Below, in pieces: positions 36,301 through 50,685 of a stretch of DNA of 64,000 nt. The stretch spans positions 35,030,001-35,094,000 of the forward strand of contig CM114271.1 in assembly GCA_050084515.1 (NCBI GenBank), in the 5' to 3' direction. The notes beneath the pieces were generated by a model, which did no database searches, was not told where the DNA came from, and saw nothing but the letters and a program-made list of their open reading frames with translations. The stretch comes from Blasia pusilla. Its lineage: Eukaryota. The position numbers and the translations under genes are program-made. The stretch's first letter is position 1. Each line of letters opens with the position of its first letter.

Positions 36301-38849
36301 TCAAGAGCGTATGGGTGATATTCCTTGGTCGAATAATATAATCATGGGTGAGTCATGCCTCAATAGAATCCCTTATTGAAGTGTGAGTGCATGCACTTAC
36401 TATAAAATCCTTCCATGACCTGCAATTTTGTCTTAGAATATTACTAAGGTTGAGTTCTGAATTTTCAATTTATTATGCAAGATCCATGGTAAATGATGCT
36501 AAAGTTTCACCGAGTTGCTTATATTGCCATTTTTTTCATATGCTAGGCTAGGGGATAGAGATCATTGTAAAGTCTTACATCACCATGCTAGCGCTACTTG
36601 TTAATGTGTAATACATATCTTGTCATATTGTAGGAGGGAGTAGATTTGAGTGTCGTATGCTTAATTTGCCATTTATTTAGAGTTGACATGTTGAGAGTGA
36701 GAGTGGTTTTGCAAGAGGGGCACAAGGGCCACAATGATATCCTTTCGAGATTTTGAAAGGCAAGGTAGTGAACCAAAGAGTAGTACATGAGGGTTTACAT
36801 GTAAGGGAACCCCTCGATCGACCTTTCTCTATGACATCCTCAAACAAAGAAGAGACCCTAGGGAAGGAATTTCCTATAGCATCACCAAGGATGTTAAGTG
36901 GTCTTACCCTTGTGGGCATATGAGATGGATGACATGAGTAGAGGACCATGCAAATTTTTATGTGCTGTGGGGACAATAAGTTACATGACTTTATAGCATA
37001 GTTTAAGAGTTTTTTTTTAACTCATATACGGTGAAGAACTCTTGAGAGTCCTAGCCTTTCACAACATGGAAAGGGATATTAATGTTCTAGTATCTAGAGG
37101 GGGAGTCTAATGGAGGATTACCGCAAGGTTTCCCTTAAGTTCACCATATATGTCAAGGTTCAAAGACTCTACTAGGATGCTTATTTAATTTACATGTCAT
37201 AGACTCGTAGACGACAAGGAGCTAGGTAAGGCTACCAACCACGTGTGATATCTATGGATAGATGATTCACCCAAGAGTCCGAAAGTTGGAGAGCATCCAT
37301 TATTTCCATAGGCAGATAGGAGAGTGTGTGAAAGGGGTTTCCTTGCCTACTCATATTCATTGGCAATACTCAATAAGTTACAGAGGTAAAGGTTGTTCAT
37401 GCATGGTATGGGATGTTGGAGCATGACCTTTGGAGATGGGTGACTTAGTGAGAGATCCAATAGTCTTACATCTGACTTCATTTACATTGAAGGAGGTCTT
37501 TCATTTGTTTGAGAGCATTGATTGTTGTTGAAAATATTATATTGATAGACATGTTTCTCTATTCAACACCTACAAATCCATCTTTGAATTCCATTCAACC
37601 TGTCATTGGGCCAACAATTTAAGAAATAGGCTTTTATTGCATGATATTATTCTATGGCATGATCTTCTTGATTTCAAAGTATCTTGGAATATGGGGACCT
37701 ATATACAAACCAATGCAATGGGCCAAAATTTTACGAGAGATGTAGGACTTTTGATACCACATGCTATAAAACCATTTCTAGAAAATTTGGGGATGATACA
37801 ACAATGGGTCAAGATAGTCATTCATTTCATCTCACCATGCCTTTCCTTATTCTAAATTACATGTCACTTATTTGAGCTCACCAAGCCATTCTTGATAAAT
37901 CATTGAGTAGGTAAGTGCTACCCTTATCAATACTCACATATAGTCTAGGTAAGTGTGGCACATTATAAAAAATACTCTAACCTAGTCTATATCTCTGATA
38001 TATCCTACCTCTAACGCATTGCACATGGGTGTAAACATACAAAAAAACTCCATAATAAATCTATACTCATTTATTGCAAATTATGTACCCAACAGCATGG
38101 AAATTCTTCACAAGTGAAGGACTAGAAATGGAATCAATAGCTTGGATCATTTTCACTTCTCAATAACCAACAAGTAAAGAAGCAATCATCAACACTCCTT
38201 GTATGATTTGGAAGTCGCACTTTGAATTCATACAAATTTAATTTGACAAAGCTTAATAATAATTCCCATTTTAGTGTAGCCACAAAAAATATAACACAAC
38301 AAAATTATGATCCTTATGGGCATCACACAATTGGCCTAGAAAATATGGTCAAGGTTGCACACAGACAAGGTCTTTTTCCGCAAACTTATGTGTGTCCCTA
38401 GGACAGACAGGTTGGTGCAGATTGAAGTTCCCGTAGCCCACACAAAAGCCCACCTTGCCCGCAATGTAGACTTAAGCTCGACCAACCCACATCAAGATCG
38501 TGCAGGCCACGCGTGGGCTCAATGCGGGCCAGGCGAGGGCTCACAACCCTCGCACCTATTGGATTTATGCTCGCCTCCCTTAATCTGAGCCTCCACTTTT
38601 TCTTGCATCCCAACCTTGCGTTGGCGATTGGGATATCGAAGATACCAAGGCAGGAGATCCATTGGGCATGTCTGTCCCATGGAAGGACAAGCCCATTTCC
38701 ATGAAACCTTGAATGATGCAATAATATCCAACTTCTCTTTTCATGAGTAATTTTCTCCTTCCTCATAAATTTAGTATTTTAAAAATTATATGAGAGAGGG
38801 ATTAGGGTTGTAGGAGGGCATGGGGAAAATAGAGGAGGGACACAGAGAG

Positions 38850-41800
38850 GCATGAAGACATGGATATTCTTATGGGTCAAGAAGAATTTCTTATGGATCA
38901 AGAACTATGGGAGGTTGTTATAGATAATGAGGCCAAGCCAAAGAGTAATTCAAAAAACTTGAATTTTCACGCTTGGAACAAACGTGCAAGAAAAACAATC
39001 CACTATATCTCATAAAAACCATAAGTTCACCAATAATTGGTCACATTCAAGATGTTGATATCCCAAGGGCGGTCTCATTATGCATTCAAAAGCTATTCCA
39101 AACATCTACAAAGACTAGAAAGCTTCAATTGAACAAAATCAGGAAACGATCACAAAACATCAATGATTATATTTTGAGTATCAGAAAAAATATGGATTAG
39201 TTGAATAGCATTGGAGTGATTACATAAGATTACGATTCGATTTTCTTACTCTTCAAGGCCTTCCAAAATATTACAAATCTCTTGAGACCTCTATTTCTAT
39301 GGGAGAAAAGTATCTAACCTTTCAAGAGTTAGTCTCATTGTTAATTAGGAATCACATGCACCTAGTTGACAATAGTAGCTCGTTTAGTATACAACATAGT
39401 ATTCTATTTATAGATAATGGATGAAATAGAAGAAAAGGTCGTGGTAGAAGCTTCCATGATCATCTGGAATATCAAGCCTATGGAGGAAGAGGCACTGAAC
39501 ATAATTTCACTCAATCAACTTTGAACCAACACTAAACACTATCATGAGGTGATGATAATAGAAACTATTGGATCAAGGTTAGCAACAAAAGGTCCTTGGA
39601 TCTTACAATTATTATGGAATGAAGGATCAATATGCAAAATTTTGCTTCAAAAAGAAGGTACATATGAGAATAGGAATCTTATAACAACAAAACTATATGG
39701 AGCAAGAACATCAAATACAATATCAAGATATAATAATACTTATAAAGTGAGCATATTTTGCTATAACTCTCAGTCATCATATAAGAGTAATGTTCAAGAA
39801 AGACTCTACTATAGATTAGTAAATCAAATTTGGTAAGTCAAATTAGTCACACAACCTTATAAGCTAAATGGTTTAGTAGTATGGAGCATATGAAAGAAGA
39901 TCCTACAATATTGCTCACAAGAGATTATATGCAATATTATATCACATATATCAAGAAAATTCAAATAAAATCAAATGATCTCTATGTTCTTGGAAATATT
40001 TTCTACATTCTTACCATTGCAAAAAAATATTGATGTCTGAAAAATTGATAGTATAAGAGGATTATCAGATGAAGTTTAACATATATAAATGGTTGCTTTA
40101 TTGAAACAATGGATGATCATACTTTGATAGTCAAAGGAAAAAGATTTGGAGAAATGTTCAAATTAGCTATTTTTATGCCCGATATTCTAATAATAATGTA
40201 TGGTCAAACTAGGCAATAAGGACTAGATCTCAATGTATGGCATAAGAGAATTGGTCATATGAACCTTAAAAGACAAAAAAAAGTCTTTTTCACCATCTAA
40301 TCTATTACTAGGATTGCCTAAATTATTGATTTCTACTATGTCAGAGATATGCCTCACTTGCCAATCTAGAGAACAAACTAGATTTCCATTTCCTAAGCAA
40401 GGCAGAAGAACATCTTAAATATTGGATTTGATTCACTTTGATGTGTTGAGAATATCACAACATACTCTTTGTGGTTGCCATCACTTTGTTTCATTTACTG
40501 ATAACTTCCCTAGATATATATGGGTATACTTTTGGAAAGCCAAGTTAGAAGTATTCTCAATATTTGAAATATTTGGAATTCTAGTAGAGAAGTAAATTGG
40601 ACATCACATTCTTAAATTGCGTTGTGATGGAGGAGGAAATTATCACTCAATATAATTTGATGACTACTTAGTACATCAAGATGGCATCTAACAACAAGTC
40701 ACTCGCAGTTTTAATCCACAAAAAATAGAGTGATTCAGTGGAGGAGTTGACATATTGTTGAGGTAGTACGAGCTATATTAAATGAGAAGAATATGCCTAA
40801 GAAGCATGGGGTACAGGTTGTAGCGTGTACGATCTTCTTAATCAACCAACCTTCAATAATAGGAGTTCATGCTAAGAATCCATTCTAAGTCTTCACAATT
40901 AGTGAACATGATTTCTCATTTTTTAAAGTCTTTGGTTGTGTTTTTATGCTTATTTTCCTTTCGGAAGACGTAAAAAATAAGATCCCAAATCTTAGAGATA
41001 TATATTCTTTGGCTATCTTGATGAAACTAAATAATATCAATATTACTTTCCATCATCTATGCAACTTATTATTAGCGGAGATATCTATTCTTTTGAGTTG
41101 AAGTCATGGTAAGCTCCATGTTAACCTATTCCACCTCTACGTATGTTTGTTGAGGGAAAGAATATGAGCATAAATAAATAGAATTTCATATAATTCTCCA
41201 AGTTCGAGTGTAAGGTTAGAAAGGGTCATAGACTCTCCACTTAAATATGTCAATCCATAATTGATAAGACTATATATTGAGTGTGTTGATACTAGTTAGA
41301 GCTCAAATTAGATGCTATAGACGTCCATCTCTAAACAAAAAATTCATAAGTAAAATAGAATCACACATCTTGTTCATAAATTCATAAATGAAGTATTTCT
41401 TGCAACATATCAATGATATGTATATATAATGACTATCCTTCAAGAACATAAACCGAGTTGTTTTGAAGTTGCATGTAAGATTTAATGGATTGAAGTTATA
41501 GATGATTCGAAGAGCTTGTTATATTAAGGCATCAATAGACTTAGTAAGGAAGCTATTGGTTGCAAACTGGTTTATAATATCAAGCGCAATCAAGATGGTA
41601 TAATGAACATATAGAAAGCCATGTTGGTAGTCAATGGCTATGCACAACAATATGGTATCGACTATGATGAGATATTTAACCATGTTGCAAAGACGACGAT
41701 TACGAGAACAATGGTCGTAGTTGTAATGAGTAAGAAGCGGAGACTACATCACATAAACAAGAAGAATTACTTCTTGAATAGAGATTTGCATGAGGAAGTA

Positions 41801-41851
41801 TACATAGATCAAACCCTTGGATATCACTCATATGAGCATCTAAAGTTTTGA
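38850..41851 (+). mobile_element. Heavily decayed Ty1/Copia internal region (gag, pre-integrase, integrase, start of RT), 3'-truncated
   Basis: QELWEVV (gag start), VWHKRIGHMN (~40235), LDLIHFDV, LRCDGGG, AIGCKLVY..K...G, LVVNGYAQQYGIDYDEIF; INT-before-RT order. Confidence 0.88.
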
Positions 41852-41865
41852 TACCGCATATACAT

Positions 41866-42800
41866 TGTCACGTCTTTTAGGATAGATCGGTGAGATCTAG
41901 TAGAGCGCCTTTGTGAGTAGTAGAGAATAGGCTCACTAGGTCGAGGGAAACCTGTTGAGGCCCAAGGAAACCTGAGAGAGCAGATTTCCCCTTCGTTCCG
42001 GCTCGTTTGGAGCCATATTGAGGAACTTACTATTTTAGGTAAGTACCATTTTGAGTATATGATCGACTTTATATTTTTGGTAAGTGATCCTTGACCTCCT
42101 ACATCAAGGACAAGAGCCAAGAAGTGACTTGGGAGCATAGGTTACCATTGAGAGACCTTGGGAGAGATGAGGGATATACCTCAAGGAGAGAGAGTTTGAG
42201 AGCTCATTCTCTCTTTGTTGAACCTCATGGCATGAGGCGGCGGAGCTATGGTCTTGCTTGCCTTGTGTGTGTAACCCAAGCCTCTCATTAGGAAAGTGGA
42301 TTTGGTTTGACATTGAGAGACACATGTGAGACTGCACATATGTGAGAACTATGGTGTTGTGAGAGAGATTGGATCTTATTTTACAAAGAGAGAATTGAGT
42401 GAGTGAGAGAGTTTCATGGGGGAGCTTGGTGGTTGTTCGATGTTTGAAGTAGGTAAGGGGAACGTGTTCCCCACTTCATGGCTCATGGGAGTGCTCGCCA
42501 GAGCAAGAGCCGTGCGAGTTTGCTGTTTTGCTTTGCTAATTTTTTGTACGGGAGAGTGGCACGCGGAAGCGCTGCCCAATTTTTGATAGGAATTGAATAT
42601 GGAGGCGGATTGCTACATGCTGGTGCTCTCACGATCACCATGTAGCTTGCTGATTTGTGTTCTCAAAGGTTTTACATTTTCGTTGGGAGAAATCAGCGCG
42701 GAAGCGCTGCCAAATTTTGTGTAGGAGAAAGAGACATTGGGTTTTACGTCAATCCCTGTCAGTTTGTACTGGAATTTTTGATTTCAAATAATTTTTGACA
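41866..42800. mobile_element. Possible LTR-like segment interrupting the Copia RT
   Basis: TGTCA...TGACA termini and an abrupt composition change; no matching TSD. Confidence 0.3.
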
Positions 42801-43271
42801 TTATTTTTGATAGTGAAGTTGTGCACGATGTACAATAAACGGCATGTAATTTGGAGTTGCGAGCAAAAAGTTATAGTCATACAAAATTGCCACTACTAGG
42901 CAATTTTTAGGGTTAAATTGTTCAAACCCTAAACTAGCCGCCGCGCCGGCGGCAGCCGTCGCCGTCATAGTAACCATCAATGGTCCACTATCAATGATCA
43001 ACCATCACCGTTGTCGTGTCGAGAGTCTTTCTTTGAGCAAGGGCGGGCCTTCTAGCTGCGGTAGATGCGGTCGATGCAAGGTGAACTCTCTAATAAGTTC
43101 TCCTTTTTCAATACAAAATTATGATGTACACTCTCCATTCTCTCACGACAGGTATCACAAATGGAAGTGCCGAGGCGATCACTTCTTCGTAACATCGGAC
43201 CCCAAAATTCCTAACTTTAAAATCCCTATAAACTATTTTACGCTTGTACACGAGGAAGATAGCACAACTAG

Positions 43272-44237
43272 TGTTAAACCCTACTTGAGCAGGCCTATTG
43301 ACATCCATGGATCGCTATATAAGGACATACAAAGTACAATCCCATGTCCTTCCATATGTGACAATAGGAAGAATCACCGGAGTTGGAGATTGCATGACCT
43401 GGTTCATGAACGCCTCCCCAAAGTGATAAACTAAATAGCGAGTGAACTAGTGCCTATCTACAAAGAGTACCTTGACATGATAAGGATTGAGGAAAGGAAA
43501 GTCGGGCACAGATCGTGCTCCACCCCTATCCATGCTTGACAAACATTCTCTACTCTCCTCAAGAATGGGTTTTGGCGGAGTTATTCTCCCAAGAGGGGTA
43601 ATCCACTCTCATTGGGGAAGTAACAAGCCAAAACATCCGCTATTTTAGTACGACTATACTCCTCTATGGTGACAAACCTCTCATCCCCACACACACACAC
43701 CACACTCTAGAAATCTCTCGAAGAATAGACCATGGTCAGATAACTCTCCCAAGAGGGATGATCCACTCTCATTGGAAGAGCAAGCAATCCCAAAGCCATA
43801 CACTCAAGAGAGACACGAGAGACTCAAGATGTGGAATAGAAGGTGATGAACCCTTGAAGGTCCCTCCTCTTTATATACTCACAAGGGATCCACAAGAGTA
43901 CGAAATAGAGCTTATCTTATCTTGTGCCACATGGCTTCCTCTCAAGGCTTAGCCAATCACATTTTGACACAAGTAGATTTCCTCTTATCTCTTCCAAAAT
44001 ATCCTCTTTTACCCACATGATATTTTCCAAATTACCCCAACTAACCTAGCCACCAACCAAGACTACTTTTGCTTTTCATTAAAGCAACTTCTTTACTTTT
44101 ATAAAGTCATATTTTATTTATTACCTCTTTTTCCTAAAGTTGGGCCCGCATAAAAGAGGCACCATAAAGAGGTTTAAACATAAGAATCTCCTTTTTCTAA
44201 GCCAATTTACTTAATACTAATGAAACTCTATCTAACA
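43272..44237 (-). mobile_element. Probable solo LTR truncating the 3' end of DNMT-Gypsy copy B
   Basis: TGTTA...TAACA termini; minus-strand TATATAAAG at ~43870; TSD not matched, so the left boundary is tentative. Confidence 0.4.
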
Positions 44238-47200
44238 CTTAACGACACAGCATACATCGCTGTCACCGAACACACACACAAACATGCACGATCCCATGTT
44301 AACTCATGGCATCCAAAGAATGAGACAAGAAGTACCAAAATATCTCCAATCGCCCCCCTATTTGGTGGTTAGGTCCCTCTAACTCTAGATACCCATCTAT
44401 CCCTAACTACCATGATATACATCTCTCGGACGCTAAGACCAAGAAGGCCGGGTGCTCATGTGGCCCCATTGTTTGTTGCCTTCTTGTCATCCATGTCACA
44501 AACACAAGTCGGGATGTAGAACTACCTACTCTATGTACATCTGGGACACATCCATCGTCCCTAAGGAACCCTAATGAGAGGTGGCGTCAAACCTACCATA
44601 TGCCATCATGTCGAACATCCATCTCAGACTAGCATAGTGGCTGCACCACGGGCGGAACCACACAACATACACCGCAAGCTTGCAGGAACTATTGCTAAGC
44701 TCGGATCAACTGTACCGTCAATGTTCGGAAGATGACATGGCGCACAGTGACGCACACGGTCCTTCTAAGCCTTACCATCGCGTCCCTCTAATAAGAGAAC
44801 ACCGGATGGCAAAACCTCACGTAGTCTCAAGATGGTGCGCCCAATAGTCACATCCAACATCATGGATACCGTCTGCTACAAGTAGACATAGTCTCCGTGA
44901 TGAAACCTCCGGATAGTAGGTCGATAACCACCTCTCTAAATAGTCGCATACCTCAATGTATCCTGATGTTGCGCAATCGCCAAGTTCTCAAACATCATGG
45001 GCATCATTCTCTGTAACAACTCAGCCCTCTCACAACATGCTCCCATCCAGACATCAGGGTTATCAAGGTTCAACACCTCAATTGTATCTCGATGAATGGC
45101 CGCTGGTAAATTTGGCTCTGGGCCATAGAGCAACAAGTACGGTGAGAAAGACGCTAAGGATGCTTGCCTGCTAAATCTGTATCCCATCGCCAACCATGGA
45201 AATTGTAGGTCCCAATCTCTTAGGTGATCTCTCTGCAAGCTATACTTGCGTAGTCCTCTCTTCACCGTCTGCACAACCCGCTCCGCTAGTCCATCTGCCT
45301 TAGGATGATCTCGCGAAGTAGTGCGGTGGTCGATCAGTGTCTAATCACACAAGGCCTAAAACTCCCCGCAGAACTCTGTACCCTGGTCTGTCAACACCTC
45401 AGCTGGTGTGCCATAATGACTCAACAGTCAATCTAGGAAGGCAAACGCTACTCCCTCACTCGCTTTTTCAAGCAATGCTACCAACTCTATTCACTTCGAG
45501 AAGTGATCGACCATCACCAACACATAATGACTATGGCGCTCCGTCAAAGGCAAAGGTCTTGCAAAATCCAAACTCCATCTATAACTTAAACCCATGATGG
45601 GAAGTGGATGCAACTGTGGAGTTGGAGCATAGAATGATGCTCGGACTTGATCACACACCATGCATCTGGCAACAAACTGCTAAACGTCAATTTGCATGCC
45701 TCGCCACCAATATTGAATCTAGAGCAAGGTGTACGTCCGCTTCTCTCCAAAATGACCCAACTCCTCGTGGGCATGACCCACCAAACCTGCTCTCTGCAAA
45801 GGAGGAGGCACTACACGCACTCTACCATCCTCCCACACTTGCAACACATGTATGCCTTCCCACGGGAATCGTCTAGCTCGTTGTAGGATCCGATCCCGCT
45901 CTCTAGCACCCACTCTGCTCGCGACGCTGCCAGTACACAAGTACTCCTAGACCAATCCATCGTCGTGAATGTCTCAGCCACCTGTCATCTCCTCATCGGC
46001 CTCTGGATCTTAGGACTCTCCATCAAACCTCGCCATCAAAGTCTCAGCAATCTGGCTCTCCAGAGCCAACAAGCCCAAATAGGCTGAAGCATGCCATCCT
46101 GGCACCAACTCCTCATCACTCTCACCATGCCCACGAGCTATAGTTGCATCTCGCTGACTCGAGCATGGGTTACGGCTCAAACCATTTGCATCCTGGTTGA
46201 GCATCCCAGGTCTATGCACTACTTGGAAGTCATACTCCTGCAACAAAAGAGCCCACCTCGTAAGCTTCCCTGTAAGCTTGTCAGAATCTATCAACCACTT
46301 AAGTGGCTAATGATCAGTAATGATGGTAAAGGGATTGTCAAATAGATAACATCTGAAATGTGCGACAGCCCATATTGCAGCCAAGCACTCACCCTCATAC
46401 GAGCTATACTTTGCCTCTGCAGCATTGTTCGAGCGAGTAGCATAAGCCACCAAAAACTCTCTACCATCATTGTCATGTTGGGTGAGCATGGCTCCAAGCC
46501 CCAACATGCTCCAATCGGTATGCAACTTGAAAGGACGGCCCCTAATCAGTCTCCTCAATATGGGCGTGGACGTCAATCTGTCCTTGAGCATCTGAAATGC
46601 TCTCTCTTGCTCATCCCCCCAATGCCACTCTTGATCCACCTTGGTCATCAAGGTTAGCGGCTTTGCAATCGAACTAAAACCCTTGATGTATCGTCAATAG
46701 AAGTTTGCCAATCCCATGAATGTACGAATTCGACTCACATCAGTAGGGCATGGAATGCGTGAAATAGCCTCTACCTTTGTCTATTGCACACCAAGGCCCC
46801 CAGGGTATATTGTATGACCCAAGTACTCAATCTGGTTGTAGAAGAACTTGCACTTGCTTGGATGTAGCTTTAGCCCATGTAATTGCAATCGTCGAAACAC
46901 CTCCTCTAGATGTCGCTCATACTCCTCAACCGTGGCGCTAAAGACTACAATGTCATCAATATAACACCTAACAAAATCCAGACCTGCCAAGATCCTATCC
47001 ATAACCCTCTGAAACTCAGTTGGGGTGTTCTTTAACCTGAATGGTAAGAACCGCCACAGTACAAACAATCCTTCCCTTCTAGATCAATGCCCCAAAATGC
47101 CGTCTTCGCTTGTCCTCCAATCTGATAGGCAGTTGATGGTATCCGGCTCGCAAATCCAATGAATTGAAGACCTCTGCATGCCAAATTGCATCAAAGATCT

Positions 47201-50200
47201 CCTCACGGGTGGGCATGGCATACCTATCAGCCTTTGTCTGCCGATTGATAGGTCAGTAATCTCCACACATCCGCCTATCCGTCCAATTGCCATGCACATC
47301 CTTCTTGGTGGGCATGACAGTGGCAGATGCATACTCTCCATGCAACATTTCCACTAGTCCTGCTCCAACCAAGTCTTGGCCCCTACTCTGAATTAGAGCC
47401 CTCTCCATGTCACTATACCTATAGGGTCGTTGGAAGGTCGGCGTATCACTCGACAACTCAATGCGGATCCCTGGACCCTTCAGCGTACCCAAATCATGCA
47501 TACTAAATGCAAAACAACTCCTATAACTCTTAAGAACTGGTGTATCTGACGCCGCTCTCCTCTTGTCAACTTAGGACCCATATCTGGCTCCCAAGTCTCC
47601 ATCGTGACTACGATAGGACTCTTCGGCGCGGATGTTGGTGGTCGCTATGGTGCAACCCCATCTTGGACAATAGAACTCAGAACCACTTCCGATGCTGTGG
47701 CTATCATCTCCAAGCGTACATGCAAAACATCCCAAGAAGTCCAAGGGTGTCTCTCTCGATCACCCCTAGTGTGTCGACCTCCTTGGGTCTGGCCCCCAAC
47801 CACTGCCTCAACTGTCTCGGTAGGCATGGGGCTCACCAACGCAACAAATGTGATCTGTTGCATCCTCAAACAACGTTGCTCAGTTACTCCCAAGCTGAAA
47901 ATCCATGTCAAGCAGTTCAGGTCCATCGCCTGACCCAAGACATGACGTCGTGATGCCTCCGATAGTGACGGTACTTCCGTCACTCCTGTGGGGAATCCCA
48001 TTGCTCGCTCTCGCTCATCGGCGTTGGGCTCCAACAACCTCTATACCTAGTCATCCCAAACCAAGCTAGGTCCGGCCTCCTTGAATGCATAGGAAGCAGG
48101 AAACTTAGCAATGTGGGATAGGCGGATCGTGGCATGCCAATCCTGTTGACCATAGTCAACGGCGGTCGATCATCATGCCTCACTGCCTGTGATCGACCGC
48201 TCGGATCCAATATAGAATCCACCAACAAATCGGAGGGACGCTCCACTCTTGCATAAGCCCTCCGTAATACCTCATTAGGTACCAAGTTGGTCCACCAAAG
48301 ACGCGAGCGATGTGCTTGTGAACCCACACTCACTGCATCTAACAACACTGCCGGGCCGATCCATGCGCGCACCTGATGTGCACTCGTCACCACGCGGGAC
48401 CTCAAATCGCCCAGAATTGGAACATTCTCCAAAATGTATGTTGGAGAACGAGATTGATGCTCATGTAAACGTTGCAAGATCCGCATCATCTCCCAAAACA
48501 ACCTGGACCGAGTGTCAGCTAACCCACTACCTTGTTCAGCACTGGATTGGCCCTGACACAGCCAACGAGCAGTGACCAAGTCTATGGTCCCTACCCGCTC
48601 CAAGTCCTGCGCCCCCAACAATGAAATCTCCCTCGGTAGGGAACTCTGGAAACCTTGAATGGCGGACACAGACAACAAGCCGGGAAAACGGAGGAGTAAC
48701 AGCGCCACATGGTGAAGTGAAGCGCGCCTCACAACATCATCAATCTCCACATATAGATACTGCTGCATGTGCACTCCAGCCTGCAAAATAGCAGCTAACC
48801 CAGTGCTGATCCTTCCAAAGAGATCCAACATCCAAATACCCTCCTATGGGATGCACAACACAATCAGGGTGGTGTCCAAATGGGTCATAGCAGCACTCCT
48901 ACCTACGTGGGGTTCCTCTGACCCGTCACACTCTAGTGCAAATGTCTCGCTCCACGCGGTCTGCATATGCTCAGTGGCTAAGCGTTGAAGCTCCTCAGTC
49001 AATCCCCAAAACGACACCTCTCCTCCACGAACTGATGCGGTAGTAATCTAGGGAAAACCCCATCGGGTATATCAGTGCTCCACCAGCCAAGACATCGTAG
49101 GACTCTGCATCAGTCTCTATCGCCTTGGCTCGCACCACGGACTCATCTGTAGGATGTCCCACGCGAATCCTCACCATGACCTCTTGTCGGGTGATATACT
49201 GTGTGATACTCGCTCCACCCAAGGATGTATGTATCGGAAATGGACAACGCTCCACATCGGCTCTCGTCAAGCCCCCATTCCTCTGAATGACGCTTTTCCC
49301 AACATCAGGGGTTGCACTCCTGAATCCAACAAGACGCGCTATGGATTGAAAGCTCTACCTCTAGGACTCACCAACTGGAAGACCTCTCCATGATTATCTA
49401 GCAACACAACACCAAGAGAAAACATGGCACGCTCTATCGCGGGTCTAGCGGGCTTCTCCGCCATCCTAGCAGCCGCAGTCTGCCATGAATCTGACGTGGA
49501 CGGCCCCAGCGTCCGCTCCAAGGGCAAGTCCATCACCTCCTCTGCAATCACCTCTGAACCTGATGTAAGAACTCCAACTCCACGCTCACATAGCATAGCG
49601 GCCAGCCAAAAAACCTCGGCGGGCGTACCTCCCAACATCATAACATCGGAAGCAGAAAATAAAGGAGCGGGGTACACAACGGTGGCCGCCCCCAACAACG
49701 TGCTCGACACATGCCCCTCTTGAGCATCAACAATATAAGAGTTGTTGCACTTGCTTCTCTCATCGCCCTCCATGCCTGCACACCAACAACATCACCAACT
49801 CTCCAAGAACTTTGATGAGGACCCATCGATGGGGTCCTCATCGCTTCGGACAACGTGAAAGACTTAGGAAGCCTAGTCTATTTTCTGGCTTCCCCTCATT
49901 GTGGATCCAACTCTCCGGTTGCTCCACGCGTCACAACTGTGGTGGCCTCCATCTGGGCAACCCCGCACATCCAACCAAGATCCTCCATATCTCTGGCTGC
50001 TCCATATGATGTCGATGCCATGGATCCGGCATCGGGTAACCTCAATGCCATAGCGGCAATCTGCTCTTGTAGCTACTGTATCTGAGCAGCCATCCTAGCC
50101 TCACATCCGGCATCTCCCTCGGCACGTCTAGGTGGTGGTACTCTACCTCCTCCACAAGCAGCTCCACCACCCTGTCGGGCAACTCCAACTTCTCGTTCCC

Positions 50201-50260
50201 CAACATGACCATCTGGTGCACATCTCTAGGCCCACCAAGACTGGCTACTCGCTCGAGGTG
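44238..50260 (-). mobile_element. DNMT-Gypsy copy B (gag end - PR - DNMT - RT - RH - INT - PHD - PPT - Y), pseudogenised and truncated at both ends
   Basis: PR RVLLDSGVQP (~49305-49337); DNMT 47880-48840; RT CYIDD (~46960); RH TDWS; INT; PHD ~44540-44675; PPT taggggggcga at 44350-44360. Confidence 0.93.
47880..48840 (-). pseudogene. DNMT3-like C5 methyltransferase domain of copy B
   Basis: LDLFGRISTG, RWLCQG (PC changed to LC), ILENV, AHRSRLWWTN, EPNADERERAMGF, LGQAMD. Confidence 0.92.
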
Positions 50261-50685
50261 CGGTAAGAGGAGAGGAAGAGAGGAAGAGAGGAAGAGAGGA
50301 GAGAGGGAGAGAGGAAACTACCTTCAACCGAAATAGATGCCTTTTTTTAAGAGAGTTTGCTATGATTTGAAGAGAGTTTTCGTTGGGTTGAAGAAAGGAA
50401 ACTTTTTGTGTGAATTTTTTTGCACGTTTTTGCTCAGTTATTAAGCAGTCCCATAGTTTTTTTTTCTCTTCCATATTTTGGCAACCCATCTGAGTCCCAC
50501 CAGTTGCAAATTGCACAAAATTTACAAAATTGAAAAATCAGTGGAATCATAAGAGTGGAACCAATCACATTTTCCATCCAAGGTCTAGAAACAATCTATC
50601 ATTTGTCTTGGGCTAAATAGAGTTCAAGCTCAAAGTGAAGGTTCTGGAAAAATGAAAGTACAATCTAAAACCTCATTTTGCATCC

